From Oikopleura dioica (Eukaryota; Animalia; Chordata): a stretch of DNA of 64,000 nt. Of the stretch, positions 49,690 through 62,178 are shown in pieces (the stretch's first letter is position 1; every line of letters begins with the position of its first letter). A program made the translations under genes and the position numbers. The stretch lies in assembly GCA_907165135.1 (NCBI GenBank), contig OU015568.1:5022001-5086000 (forward strand), given 5' to 3'. The notes below the pieces were generated by a model that did not search any database, was not told the origin of the DNA, and saw only the letters and a list, made by a program, of their open reading frames with translations.

Positions 49690-50616
49690 GGCTCTCTGAA
49701 TCACTCTTTTGCTCATTTATTCTGAAATGAAAATACAAGTTTGAACTTGGAAGACCCTCTCTAGAAATAAATAACAATTTAAGAGCTTTAACTTTTTATC
49801 ACCTTTTCGGGGTCAAAGGGCGTTGCATGCTGTGCTCGTTGGGGAAAGGTTGATTTTTGACCCTTTTTACAAGATTTAAAACCCATTTTTTGAAGAATTC
49901 TATTTTGCTTTTCGAGGGTGAGGGGGGTTTTATCCATAATAGCTCTAGAAATACCCTCTCTTTTATTGAAAAATTCAAAAGCTAAGGGAAACTAGAGATG
50001 ATTGGGATTTATTAAATTGATCTTATGAAGGCCCTCAGGGCGAAAAAAGGGCCTTAATTTTATCATAAAATATTGATGAAAAAAATGGATCTAATAAAAT
50101 CTCTTTTCGGGTCAAAATTTAACCCGATATCTCTAGAAAAAATTGTCAAAATAAGTCACCCTCTCCCTAATTACTGTTTGTACATAAAATCGTAAAAAAT
50201 AAATCACTGTACTTACGAAGTAGAAGTGTTTTTTTCTATCTCTGTGAGAGGCGTGTCCTCATCCGCACGCAATGTTAGCTATTTATTAACACACAAAAAC
50301 GCAGAAACTGTGTAAATACGTTTCTCGCGTTAAAGTTTCTCTCTTTGGAAAACTGAAATTGAAAAAATAGGACCAATGGAGGGAAGCAGCGCGCTTTTTG
50401 ACTTCTAAAGAATGAAAAAAAATCATCGAAGCAGCGAGTCTGTAAAGCCGTTAATGAGTTCTTCGGTCAAAAGAGGTGGACAAATAAGGTCAGCGGTTAA
50501 TTTGACTTGGGCACGCAGGTCTTCTTCTTTGCCTGACTGTGGTTCTGTAAATATTAACAAGGGGTTGAAAAGGGAACAGGAGTGTTTAATGGTCTTTCTT
50601 CCTTGATTTCAAGGAC

Positions 50617-50728
50617 TGGTTTCGGCAACCTGTGCAGAGAACCTGAGTCAGGGTCTAAAAATGCTGGAACGAAAAATCGCTGGTCTCTCAAACCCTGACT
50701 CAGGATTCCTGCGCAGATTTTCGAGCCG
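50617..50728. mobile_element. MITE family A, copy 4 (shortest)
   Basis: GGCAACCTGTGCAGAGAACCTGAGTCAGGGT ... ACCCTGACTCAGGATTCCTGCGCAG. Confidence 0.75.
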
Positions 50729-50871
50729 AATAAAAACCCGAAAATGTCGCAATGGCCAAATTGCTTATTTAACCTATAGTTAGCATATGCCACTTTTTTT
50801 GGCTTTTGTCAACGCAAGCGTAATTCGGCGAAACGGAAAGACTGTATCCAGCTTGTTCAAACACGCGAAAT

Positions 50872-51300
50872 GTGTTAAACAAATGTAAAAATTCTTTACT
50901 ATTTCGAGAAGCGATAGAAAAAAAAGCAACAATATCGAGTCCATTTGATCCAATTTTCATGCAATATACTTGGAATATCAGTACTGGAGATATCCTTATT
51001 GGACTGTTTGGCTTTTTATTCAGCGTTTTCTGTGGGTTGTTTGTGGCGACGGCGATTATTTTCCAGTGCAAATGCTCGATGATCGTGAATTTCTGGGCAG
51101 TGACACTCGGATTTTCCCCGGTTTATAAGAAGAATGAGTTTGCTCCCTTAGTTCCAGCTTCGCCTGCGACAACTAGGACCAGTTCGGTAAGTATTTTAAA
51201 AACCATAGCCTACACCTCAATTCACTATATTTTCCAGTATCGATATTCAAATCAAATCGAAGAAACTCGATTCATTCAAGACGCCGAAGAAATTTCCTGA
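50872..51300 (+). CDS. Possible small single-pass membrane protein
   Basis: Hydrophobic ILIGLFGFLFSVFCGLFVATAII segment and a plausible GT-AG intron near 51248. No family recognised. Confidence 0.4.
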   Translation: MLNKCKNSLLFREAIEKKATISSPFDPIFMQYTWNISTGDILIGLFGFLFSVFCGLFVATAIIFQCKCSMIVNFWAVTLGFSPVYKKNEFAPLVPASPATTRTSSVSILKTIAYTSIHYIFQYRYSNQIEETRFIQDAEEIS

Positions 51301-51408
51301 TTGCAAAAACCACTGCTCCAAGTTCATTTTTATCCATGTGAAGTTATTTTCGGTCTGCTTCCTTAGATTGACGCAAATCAGATCATCAGTAATAAAACAA
51401 TCAGCTGA

Positions 51409-52439
51409 ATGCTCACAATTAAGTTCTATGATTACATAACTATGACGAAAGCAGGGCGTGGTCTTAGTTTTTCATCATTATTTTCAAGTTTTGGAGGCAC
51501 TTTGAAATATATAGATTTTAATTTAAAAAGAGAAAAAATAATTAAAAAAGGCGAGAAATTGAAAAAATTCAATGTGCGTTGCATATTCGCATTCTAGAGC
51601 CGAAGAAAACGCTGCAAGATGGGAGCGCATAATGTAAGTTCTTGACTTAAATTTGAGCTTTTGAGAAATTCTGTTTAGCGATCGGAAAATTCCAGATAAC
51701 GCGATTCCCGTCGGGCGCGATTCGCAGAATCGAGTACTCTACGCTGGCAGATGCTTAGTTCGGCAAAATCGGTACCGATTTGTCCCGGGATATGTCTGCA
51801 AAGAAGAACCTTGGGTTCTAGCTGCCTACGGGACAAGAGCAAGGACGGGGACTCAAGATGAAGTTTTGGTTTCAGATAAAATCGGTACTTTCTTTTTTTG
51901 TCGAGCTTAATAATGAAGAAATGATTAAATTATTAGATAAGTATATTTAGATAAACACAACCATTGTAAAATGCATTTATGGTCTTCTATTATTTTTTCT
52001 TCTAGAATCCATCTACTGGGAGTCTTCAATAACCCCTCGATTCCCCGTCGTTGGCGGTTCCGACGAAGACGACAAATACCTCATTGGCAGAACTCGCTCA
52101 ACTTTTGGCAGAACATGGCGCGGCAGACGTCTTTCCATTACAAATCTTCCTGATGAATTCTGCCTCCCTGGGAAGGTTCATCCTTCACATGCAGTTCTCT
52201 ACGCGCCGTTTGGAGACAAAGAGTACATTTTCAAGGATTTTGAGACGATGGCGATCAAGGCAAGTCCGAGGAGTTTGTTCGAGATCGCGGCATTAGTAAG
52301 TGACAGTAGTTTTATTCAGTAGAGTCAATTCTAGACTTTGAAAATCAACCTCGACGACGACAAACTCATCTCTCTCGCGGATAAACAAATCCTATCAAAA
52401 CCCGTGCTCGCTGAAGTCCTCTCCGTATCACCTCACTAA
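51409..52439 (+). CDS. DM9 (DUF3421)-repeat protein with a C-terminal BC-box/Cullin-box-like motif; 5' end uncertain
   Basis: Spliced exons (..51633, 51679-51884, 52006-52295, 52335-52439) give WERII|DRKIPDNAIPVGRDSQNRVLYAGR...DEVLV and LPGKVHPSHAVLYAPFGDKEYIFKDFE, then SPRSLFEIAAL|TLKINL...ILSKPVLAEVL. Confidence 0.78.
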
Positions 52440-52559
52440 CTGTTCCTTTTTTACTGTATCTAATAACTGAATGCCTGTATCTTGTAACTGATTGATTGAC
52501 TGTTTTTATGATGAATGTTTGAATAAAGTAACAACACATGTCCTTTTTACACAGTCGTC

Positions 52560-53800
52560 GGAAGTTTTATTTTGAGAATAAGTTTGTCACCAATTCTAGA
52601 TCTGTAGACGGATCCAGGGGTGAGGAGGGGTTGTTTGTTCTTTTCGGCGGGGGTTCGGGGGCCTTTGATGGTTTGAACTGGGATCGGAAGCGGCTCTTGA
52701 AGGAAAAATAAGTAAGAGTTGATCTTACAATTGTTTCATTCTTGCGAATTATTCATTATTAATATCTTGGAATTAAATGTTTATAAGTGATGATCAGTGT
52801 CCACAAAGACATTCTTACAATAAAATAAGTGGATCTCTTTTCACGTCACTTGAAAATCTATAAAAATTCAAAAATAAGCGAATTTATGGTTTTCGAAAAA
52901 CAACTGCCGTAGCCGCGTTTCTACTTCGTTTGTTTTAATCTACCTTCGCAAACTTCAGTTGCTTTATGATTGACAGTCTTCTCCACTATTTCTTGATCAA
53001 AAATTTTCGAATTTTCTAGCGCCAGAGGATTTCTTTTCCGCCTCCTTGAATTCGGCTTGAGTTGTCGTTTCGAAGCAATAAGAAGTTCCATGATCCGATC
53101 TTCAATCGAAATCTGCCCCCTTTTCAGGCTCTCTTCATATTCCTCAAAATGGCTTTCATTCACAGACCGCGATCGAGCTAAAACAGTCTCTGAACGAGAG
53201 GAAAGGAGATTTAGGACTTACGGAGGGTGGTGAGGAGCCTCGGGTGTTTGACAAGTTGACGCGGTCCGGGAGCATTTGTCGTCCTAGCTCGACTTGTTTC
53301 CTTTTGAAACGAATTTCGAACTGCGAATTCCGGTGTTTTTGACAAACGATATGGGCTTCTTTTTGCGCTTTCTTGCACTGTCATGGTTTTTCTTTCCTTT
53401 GAAAAAGCTACTCAGAGAATTTTTCTCTCAAATTGCGAGCTCTAGAATTGTCCGTAGCTCTTTCCTTTCGATTCTTCGCGTTGAAAAGCGATGCTCTTGG
53501 ATCAAAAGGAACTCTGACTGGCTCCAAACTCCCCAATGCCTTGAAAAAAATGTCGACAATAGGAAAAACTGTACCACAATTGTTTACAGTAAAGTTTGAC
53601 ACACACACACACACCTTTTGAAGATGCGATGAATGACTCTGGTTCATTTTGGTGCCTTTCAATCGAGCTGATTTCCTTCCTTTTCGGTCAAAAAATGAAT
53701 TGAAATGAGCTCTACCTTCCTTCGATCTCTTGGGCGAATTCGACGAACGAAAACGTCTTGAACATAGTCTTCAAGTCCAAATTATCAACACTTGAGCAAA
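52560..53800 (-). CDS. Hypothetical multi-exon basic/low-complexity protein (boundaries approximate)
   Basis: Several open segments bounded by GT-AG-like junctions (e.g. EDYVQDVFVRRIRPRDRRK|, KALGSLEPVRVPFDPR, PEPPPKRTNNPLLTPG). No family recognised. Confidence 0.4.
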
Positions 53801-56149
53801 TTTGAAAATCAGTCCAGATCGAGAGAATCAGTCGGCTCAGATTGACGCTACAAAAGCGGTCGATTTCCTGCGCTCGATTTTCTCTAAAATTCCATTTCGA
53901 ATTTCAAGTTGAAAACATAAAGTGGCAGTCTGGCAACTGGCATACTTCACGTCTGTCAGAGTCAGGGAAGGGAATCAGTAACAAGCGGCAAATACAAAAG
54001 TAGACGGATCAATAGGAGCTTCTTGTTTACTGATAAACAACAGTTTTTCATGAGAGTTTTACCCAAACAAAAATGCGAAAAAATTGAAAAATTATTTTAA
54101 AATATTAATTTTTCCATCATGCACTAATGTGACTAGCAGAACCTCAAATTGAAGTGATTATTAAATAGAATCATAGTGAATATCAATAAAAAAATAACGT
54201 CCAAAAAGCAGGAACCCAAATAATGGTTTTTGGCTTCATAAAAATCTCTATTCAAATTTGAAGGGAAAAAAGTTGATACAGCTTTAGTTTGAAATCAGCT
54301 CAAAACTCAAGTAGAAAACAGGAAGTAACGCGTGCACCGTTTGATCACCCTATCAGCAGGGTAAATATTTTCAGAAAGTTTTGATAGATCTGACACTTAC
54401 TGAAGTCCCAAAACAAACTGTCAGGAGAAACGAAGTCTTGCCTTCAAAGTAAAGTTTGTTTTTTGAAGAAATCTCTTTTACAGTATCATATCTACTGTCT
54501 CCTTTTTTAATGAAGATTAACAGTATAAAAAAATCTCTTTGTAAAATTGAAAAACTCAAAAAGACCGCAAGAAAAAAGCGTCAATTTAATAAGAACCAGA
54601 TCAAACAGTAAATAGTAGCTATGCCATAAATTACTGTAAGTTCAGCTGCGCTGCCAAGATTGAACTAATTATCTATGTGTCCAAAGTGTCAACGCGATTC
54701 GATAGAACTCATTCGTATTTGTATTGAAGCAGAAAGACTGTATAAAATGCAGAATAAAGCAAGTCAGTTCTTGAGTATAAAGTTTATTACATTAAAAAAA
54801 AACTTGTTTTGCCGAGAGTGTGGTGTTGTTATCTTAGAATTGGGAAAGTGGGGTGGAAAAAATATTGCACAGGCGGTGATTATTCTTGTTGAGGGAAGAG
54901 ATTTCCTAAGCTGAGATCAGCCATGTTGGTGAAACCACTTCGTTTATATTCGACAAATGAATCTTGCGGCATGGCGGCGTATCCAACTGAGCCCATATTT
55001 CGCTTCATGATTTGGTGTTCCAGGGAGCTGGCGTATCGACTAAAATTTTGATGATTTTTCGAAGAAAAAAAAAATTTTTTGAAAAAAAATTTTCGGCTCC
55101 CTTGATTGAGAGTTCGAATCCCGATAAAAACAATTTTTTTTCAAAAAAAAAAAATATTTTGTAGTGAACTATTTTCAATTACCCGAAAGCCATTGAGATA
55201 ATCGTGAAGAGAACAACCGGAGACATCATCTTTAAATATCTGTTTTTTTAAATTAAAAACTCTATTTTTGTACAATCTTTTGCGTGCTTGCAAAGTGTAT
55301 GGCGAAACGTATATTCCAATCGGTTTTTATAGCGCTCTGAAGTGGCGCGCACACGCTCGAGCAGGGATTAATAACCAATGTTTTGTGCTCAGAGGCACAA
55401 TAATTGCCAATTTTCCTTCTGAAAATGCTTTCCATGCTTTCAAGGCCAGGAATTCATTCAGAAAATACCAAATAGGACCTTCGATGATAAAAATTGACTT
55501 AAATCCAGCAAGAAATAAACATATCGTATCTAAGATACGGTATTTATTCTAGAAGTCTTTGAAAATAGCCATCAAAATTAGGGATAGGCCCCCTATCTTA
55601 GCGGTAGTACGGCATTTCGCAAGCTCCTTTTTTCGACTTAAAATTATCCTTTTGAATAATCGAAAATTAAACACGTGGTCATTCTCAAAAAACAGTACCA
55701 CTAACCACTTTTAGAACACTCGTGTCCTACTGTAGTTCGAATTATGCAGCACTTTCGATGTCTTTTCGAGAAGTACCGCAATCCACTTACGTGTGTGTCT
55801 TCGCCCCGTCGAGTTTTCTTTTTAACAATTCATTTTTCAATATTTGTTTAATTTGCTTACGCGCGCAATTTTTAACATTTAACAATATTCCATATTGACA
55901 GGATTATCAGTTCGCAACTGTATCATCCTTCCTCGCTACCAGCCTCATTCAATTACAGTAATAAGGGTGAAGCGAGGTCTATAGAGGACATTACTGTATT
56001 GTCTATCAGCCTGTATTCCAGATTTATTCAATACAGTAACAGTCTTATCTTCAAAAGATCGGTACGGGAAAACATACAGTTGTCGCCGCCATAAGAGCAT
56101 TAGGATCGTACCCAGTTAGACGGTATTCTGATGTTTCGCCATTTTCGAA

Positions 56150-57990
56150 CAGGAGGGCTTAAAATTAATGACAAGGAATGACACTGTCAGAATTGGCAAT
56201 AGATAATTACCCTTTGACTCTGGCCGCGCGTCATAGTCGCCAAGAATCAGCGTTTTTTTGTTCAAGGTTGCTACTGTTTTCAGCTCAAATCTTAGACAGT
56301 ATTGTCAGATTTTGTCCAAAATCAATCTTTCATCAAATTCCTTGAACTGTTCCTGAGTGCATTCGCCTGCCATTAGGAAGGGCTCCAACGACTTGATGAT
56401 GCCCCTCAGTTCTGAGAAAACAAGTTATGGACAAGTCAATGAATTTTTAATTCAATCGCTTACCCATAAATGAAAACTTCTTCCCTGCCAAAATCGGAGT
56501 ATCTAAATTTTAAAACAATCTTGTTTGTTGTTTTTGAGATGGATAAACCTGGAATGATTAAAACCGCCAGCAATATAAATCTGTTCATTTTGGAAGAAAG
56601 CAGCGGATTCTGTCAGGATAATTGGAAGGGGCTTTTCAAAGGAAAAGGTTGAGCCGGACTCCAGGTCGGATAAGGCGATTGATTCGACTAATCTATGAAA
56701 GATTTAAGGATAGCCCGAACAAAGATGAACAGAGATCCTTTCTTCTTAAATCGTTCCTTGTGTAGCCCATCTGAACTTGGCCACCGAAAATAAACCACTG
56801 TCAGAAAATTGATGAATCTTTTATGATTGAGCTGGAGATCAGCCACTGTGCTGTACCAAGCTTGCTTTCCTGCTTGTTACAAGTAATAAAGAACATGTCA
56901 GATGAGCAAGGGGGTTGCACTTGACACATGTTTTCTGAAACGCAATTTATTGTACTGTCGCTGAGACACAGAAACATACAGGTTTCAGGTGGAAAATGAA
57001 TGAAAAAGAGTGAAAAAGAAAAGTTAGGGTTAGGGTTAGGATAAGGTGACAGGGGCTAACCCTAGCCCTAATCCAAACCTTTCAATGTTGCCTTTGGGGC
57101 CTAATTCTAACCCTTATCCGGGAGTGTAGCCCCCTCAGTATGAGGCACTTATGGATTAGTGCCAGGGATCTTAAACTGATTCATAACTATTCCTTTGATC
57201 CAGAAACGACAGAAGCTCCAGATCTTCTTCCTTTCCTCAAAGTAGTCAGAATTGGCCGGGAAGCAAAAGTATCCAAGTCAAATTTCTCACAAGAACTCAG
57301 CACTTTCGAGTTATGCTGACCTCCACAGGAAAAGATAGAACGCCCATAATTAATAGACACGTGACCTTCGCGTGCATCGACAAGTTCACCGCAAGTTGAC
57401 CACTCATAATTCGTTCCAAGACAGAAGATGTCTGTCCGGGTTTGTCCGACCGACCGACCGCCTGAAGATACAGTTACTGTGATGAGGGTAAACAGTACCT
57501 AGAACAAATGCAACTTTTCCACCACTTCCATCTGCCGCAACGATCGTATGGCTTTAATTTGTGGTCGATTCTAAAAGCTCAATTCTGAAAATGAGACGAT
57601 TTTCTAAAGGTGTCCTCGCGGTTCAGCCAAAGAAACCACAGGCTCTTTGTATCTCTTTGGAAGCAAAGTAGCCTCGACCCTTTCCCAGCACGCGCCTCAG
57701 GCAAGTCGCCGCCCTTCTTGACCACACTTGAATGAATTGTTTAGTATGCTGGCTATTTGTACACTTACTGTGAGTTCCGGGCAAAGTCGACTATCTGAAA
57801 AATTCACAAATAAGCACCTAAAATAGTAAATTACCTGAGTTGCGTTTGAATAATGCCCTGCTTCTCGCCCTCCTAAAAAAAGGGATGAAAATTCGAGATC
57901 AAGTTGAATATCGAAACTGATGAACTTCAATCCTTGCCTGTAGCGACTGCATAACAGTTCTCTGCTTGAATTTTGATGAATAAAATTGAC
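56150..57990 (-). CDS. Kelch-repeat beta-propeller protein (boundaries approximate)
   Basis: Exon translations: YAVATG|GREAG; FVLG|GRSVGQTRTDIFCLGTNYEWSTCGELVDAREGHVSINYGRSIFSCGGQHNSKVLSSCEKFD; WFIFGG; PLPIILTESAAFFQNEQIYIAGGF; VGALPNGRRMHSG. Confidence 0.78.
57023..57118. repeat. Interstitial TTAGGG-like tract with inverted CCCTAA-like copies
   Basis: GTTAGGGTTAGGGTTAGGATAAGG followed by CTAACCCTAGCCCTAATCC and CTAACCCTTATCC. Confidence 0.7.
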
Positions 57991-58749
57991 AAAAGAAACA
58001 TTTTAGCACATTTATTTCAAGAACAAGAATTTGCAGTTGGAAATCATCTGGTAGATTCTCATGAGTAATTATCGATGAAACTACTAACGCAATCTATATT
58101 GCAATGCGTCGTTCAGGATAACAGGATTTCATTTTAAAATTGTATTCTTTTATAATCTTAGGAATAAGGAATTATAAAATTAGGGAAAGGGGAAACACTC
58201 ATACAGTCATTCATTGCATCCTTCTGTTTTTGAGCTGGTCATTGAGGACTCCTCAATGAGGAGAGAGCATATTTGCACTTCCATTATCCAAAAAATGAGC
58301 AATCCGTTGTTTGCGCTAAAAATGGACACCTTGAACTAACACACGCATAGATATCCAAGAGAACTTTTATTTTTATATTTTTAGGAGAATCAAAATTTTT
58401 TTACTGAAGAGAAATTCCGAGCCAGAGTTCAGTATATTCCATGTTCCAGTAGCTTCTGTTTCATTTCATAAATATTTTTCTTCTCTTTCGAAAAAGCTCA
58501 TTTTCGCGAAATTGTCAACATTTGTCACCGTGAATTAAAACCTCATTTTTACGCTCCCGGTCGACCCAATCACCCATCTCCAAGTTGACGAGATGGATTT
58601 TTTACGACAATGAGCGATTTCGTCATAATTTGCGCTTGCTTTGTCTTCCTACCACTGTTAAACTCTGTGCACCGCTTTTTTCCTACGAATTTCTATCAAC
58701 TTTTGACCACCCTTTCCTTTTGTTTCAGAGCGAGAGAAATTCGAAGATT

Positions 58750-59765
58750 ATGAGAAATTTGGCCGCCTGTCTGTGTTTTTTGAAACTCGTTGCAGGAGAA
58801 TGCGATTATTCGAAAGAAGTGACTTTGACAGCGACAGGAGAAGATGACGTAAATATATCATGAATCGTGTCTCAAGATCGTATCCTTTTTTTAGCTAAAA
58901 GAACAATGCAAAGATCCTACTTTGTGGGCCGAATTGTCGGATTTGCTCCAAGGAAACTTCGAACATGTCCACACCAAAGTTCTGGTAAACGGGTGTTTGT
59001 GCATAACAACCGCAAGTAGTGAGTCCGTCGTTCTCTTGTCATTATTTTATTTAAATCGCGTTAGATTCGACAAACACAATTACAGAGGAAGTTGATTGTG
59101 TGGCCGCCTGTGTGAGCCAAACTGATCGCGCTGCCAATACGATGTGGGCCGTTTCCTTCATGTTCATCAACATCGTCCTTGCCATTTCCGTTGGGATCAT
59201 TTTCATGGCTCAGTCTACTCCAGGTTAGTCACTCTTACCGTTCTCTCGTTATGATTTTCTAGCAACAACGCCTCCATATAACAAGTTTGTCTTTGGGATT
59301 TTGGTCTTTACAGTCATCTGCACGATTATTTCATTTATTGGAATGTCGAAAGTAGACCCAGGAGGAAAGGTTTCAGAGAGCCCTCAAGTAGATTAGAGTC
59401 AAATCATTTGGAATCATTATTTCGATTTCTTAGCTAGAACTTAACCCAGTTAATTAATCAGCTTTCTTGTCATATTTTGTGGCTCTTAGTCTTCTTGAAA
59501 TAATCTAGCTTTGAGTCAACTCGAAAATAGACGGCTTTTTGTTAACTATATTGAAATAAAATGCTGCTAAATCAAGATTTTACGACAGATCTTTCGGCTC
59601 TCATAGATAATCCCAGAGCAAAAATCCGACTCCCTGAAACCTGAAAACAGCTGTTTCCGCCTCTGCGGTAGCATTTTCCGTCTTTACCTTCTTATGCTCG
59701 TGTATAGTCGCCTTTGGCTTCTTCCGATCTGGACCTCAGGTTATGTAATCAAAAAGCACTGACTG
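58750..59765 (+). CDS. Uncharacterised membrane protein with signal peptide and ~2-3 TM segments (3' end approximate)
   Basis: MRNLAACLCFLKLVAGEC..., spliced to ...MWAVSFMFINIVLAISVGIIFMAQ and FVFGILVFTVICTIISFIGM via GT-AG introns. Confidence 0.55.
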
Positions 59766-59981
59766 TGACAGTAACAAAACTGAACCGCTGCAATAACTGT
59801 TATCTGATCAAAATCACAATTTTGACTTCCGAATATATCTTCTTCTGACAATTTTTTTTTGATAAGTTTTGAGTTAAAGAATCGTTGAACAATTTCTGCT
59901 TAAAATTATAATTTATAAATACAAGGTCTTAATAAAAAAATCAGTAATAATTTCAGTTTTGTACAGTTCTTTTTTGGCAGA

Positions 59982-62178
59982 TCAAGCTTCTAGATTTTCA
60001 TTGGTTCCACGAAGAAGCTCATTTACTAAAAATCGCCTTTAGCTTTGAGAATTTTCGCTCTGAGCTTACCAAGAGGATCGACAGAAGGTGCCATGAGCAG
60101 GAGATCCTTAACATTTAGCGCCAGTTCTCTGACGTAAGACGACAGAACCATAAGGCTTCCAAGGCGATTATCATCGTCCTAGACTGGTTTTACTTAAATG
60201 GAAACATGGTGTTCTTTTACCGAAGCTCCACTGTTACAGTATTCGGAGAACAGGCGGGTGACTTTGTTGGCGAGCATTTTTGCTTTTGAGTCGATTGGTT
60301 CGAGAGTTCCAAACAGAAACAATGCCTGAAGGAGTTTTTGAAAGATAGAAAAGAGGAAAAATCTACCTTGAGGAGGACGAATTCGCTACTACTGAGCTTC
60401 ACTGCCGAAAGCGACAGTAAGAGTTTCTTCATGACTTCGTGAAATTTTTCGATTCCGAGGGTTTTGCATGTTTCTTTCGAGAAGATAAAGTCCTTCGAGA
60501 CAACTGAAAACGCTCTAAAATCAGCAATAGAAGGCAGGCTTACCTATTCGATACTGATTTGAAAATTGGGATGAAGAAGGTTGAGAGTAGAAAGCAAAGT
60601 CGAGCGCCAAAGCATCGAGCCAGCCGTTTCGGAGGACTGTTGTTTGCGTCGGAAGTGCCATTTCGCAGAATCCTGAGGAGTCTTTTTCATAGGTTTTTGA
60701 CGGTTGATTCTTACCGGGGACATTTTTTGCCCAAGAAATGAGATTCAGAAGACGATCCCTCACGCCAGAGGCAAATCTATTGACACATCCGCCTGTCACG
60801 TCGAGTTGCAAAGGCTTGAAAGTAGGCGCGACTTTTCTTTCTGCTTGCAAAAGTTGAGCCACGATCTGAATAAAATGAATGATATTTCCGATGGTCATAC
60901 AATTCCAATTTATTATAAGCAGTATTCATGAGCAAACGGCAATAAAAATTCAATTCTCGGCTATAAAAGCCGCAGTTATGGTGATTATAATTTACCTGCT
61001 GAAGTTCCATCGGTCTTTGGGAAACAGTAGAAGTGGTACAAGCAGCTGCATCGCCAACTGTTCTTCGATATTTCTGTCGACCTCCACGAACTCGATCAAG
61101 GCGTACTCCTATAAACCATAATCATGACTGCCAATTTTTATGAGGACAAATTTTATATATCTTGAAGATGGTGAAAAAAATCTACTTTTAGCGACAATAT
61201 GTCTTCGACAGCCCTATCTCTGAAATGCTTTCAGTCTAAGCATATGTCCAAGATATCATACCTTCTCGAAGCATCCCAACTCGAATGCATTTTTGAAATC
61301 TGCATGCTTGGCAAGCTTTTCTTCTCCTCTTTGTTATCGGACAATCATTATTCGAAGGACATGTGTAGTCAATCGCTCCTTGAACTGTTCTCTTGAAGAA
61401 CGCTTTGCATGCTTCGCAGCTCGGAACTCTAGAATAACGATAATCATTTCTTTCATCCCTTTCGCTTTACCCATAGTGCTGACCACTTGCAGAATCGTTG
61501 CAAACAAAGCACAGACGACCAACTGGGCCACCGTTGAGTCCGGATGTGAGGAGGGGCCGTAGTCGGGCTCGATCTTAGGGGAGGAGTATTCGCGTGCCCA
61601 GGAAGGTTCGATTTGGTCAAAAGCAGAAATTTCGGGAGAGACGTAATGGTTCAGCTGGACTGTGTCTTTCTTTTGATTCAGAATTATATAGATTGAAATG
61701 GTCTGTATTTTATGGAATCATCAAAATTGCTTTCTAGAACCAATGGACCTCCGGAATTTTTGCAAATTGGTAAAAATATGGTAAGATCGTCAATTCTATC
61801 CAGTAAGAAAAATTTATACAATTTCCATAAAAGTTATTTTATGGTTTCTCAAATCAATTCCTGGAGAAGAATCATGCGAAAAACCCGACGAAAAGCTGTC
61901 GTTGATACTCGGTGGCGGGCTTCCATCAATTCTAACCGAAGAATTTGCGGTTGAAATCGGCTCTGGAATCGGAAAATTCGGTGGATATCCAAAGCGAGAT
62001 AGCTCAAAGCCAGTTGGCATTCCCATAGTCGGAGTATAGCACAGCATTCCACTTTGCTCTAGAAATTTATTTGATGAAAAATAGGAAGAATTATCGAGCC
62101 CCTTTCATCCCTTTTTTTGCTCTAGAAAGAAATCTTACCTAGGTAAAGAGCATCAGTTTTGAGCTCTGAAATCTCCAT
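59982..62178 (-). CDS. ERR: Estrogen-related receptor (NR3B)
   Basis: [17 protein letters not shown]|[55 protein letters not shown]|[14 protein letters not shown] (ERR-type P-box EACKA). [13 protein letters not shown]; AF-2 LVNELL. There is a frame problem at ~61535. Confidence 0.92.

Noticed and set aside
54675-54914. ORF with CPKC and CREC motifs (possible zinc ribbon)
   Set aside because: The spacing and intervening poly-A-rich sequence are not convincing, and no supporting exon structure was found.
55112-55121. GTTCGAATCC T-loop-like motif
   Set aside because: No acceptor, D or anticodon stems can be formed around it, so it is not a tRNA.
57023-57046. True telomere or chromosome end
   Set aside because: Only about three units, internal, and inside a gene intron.
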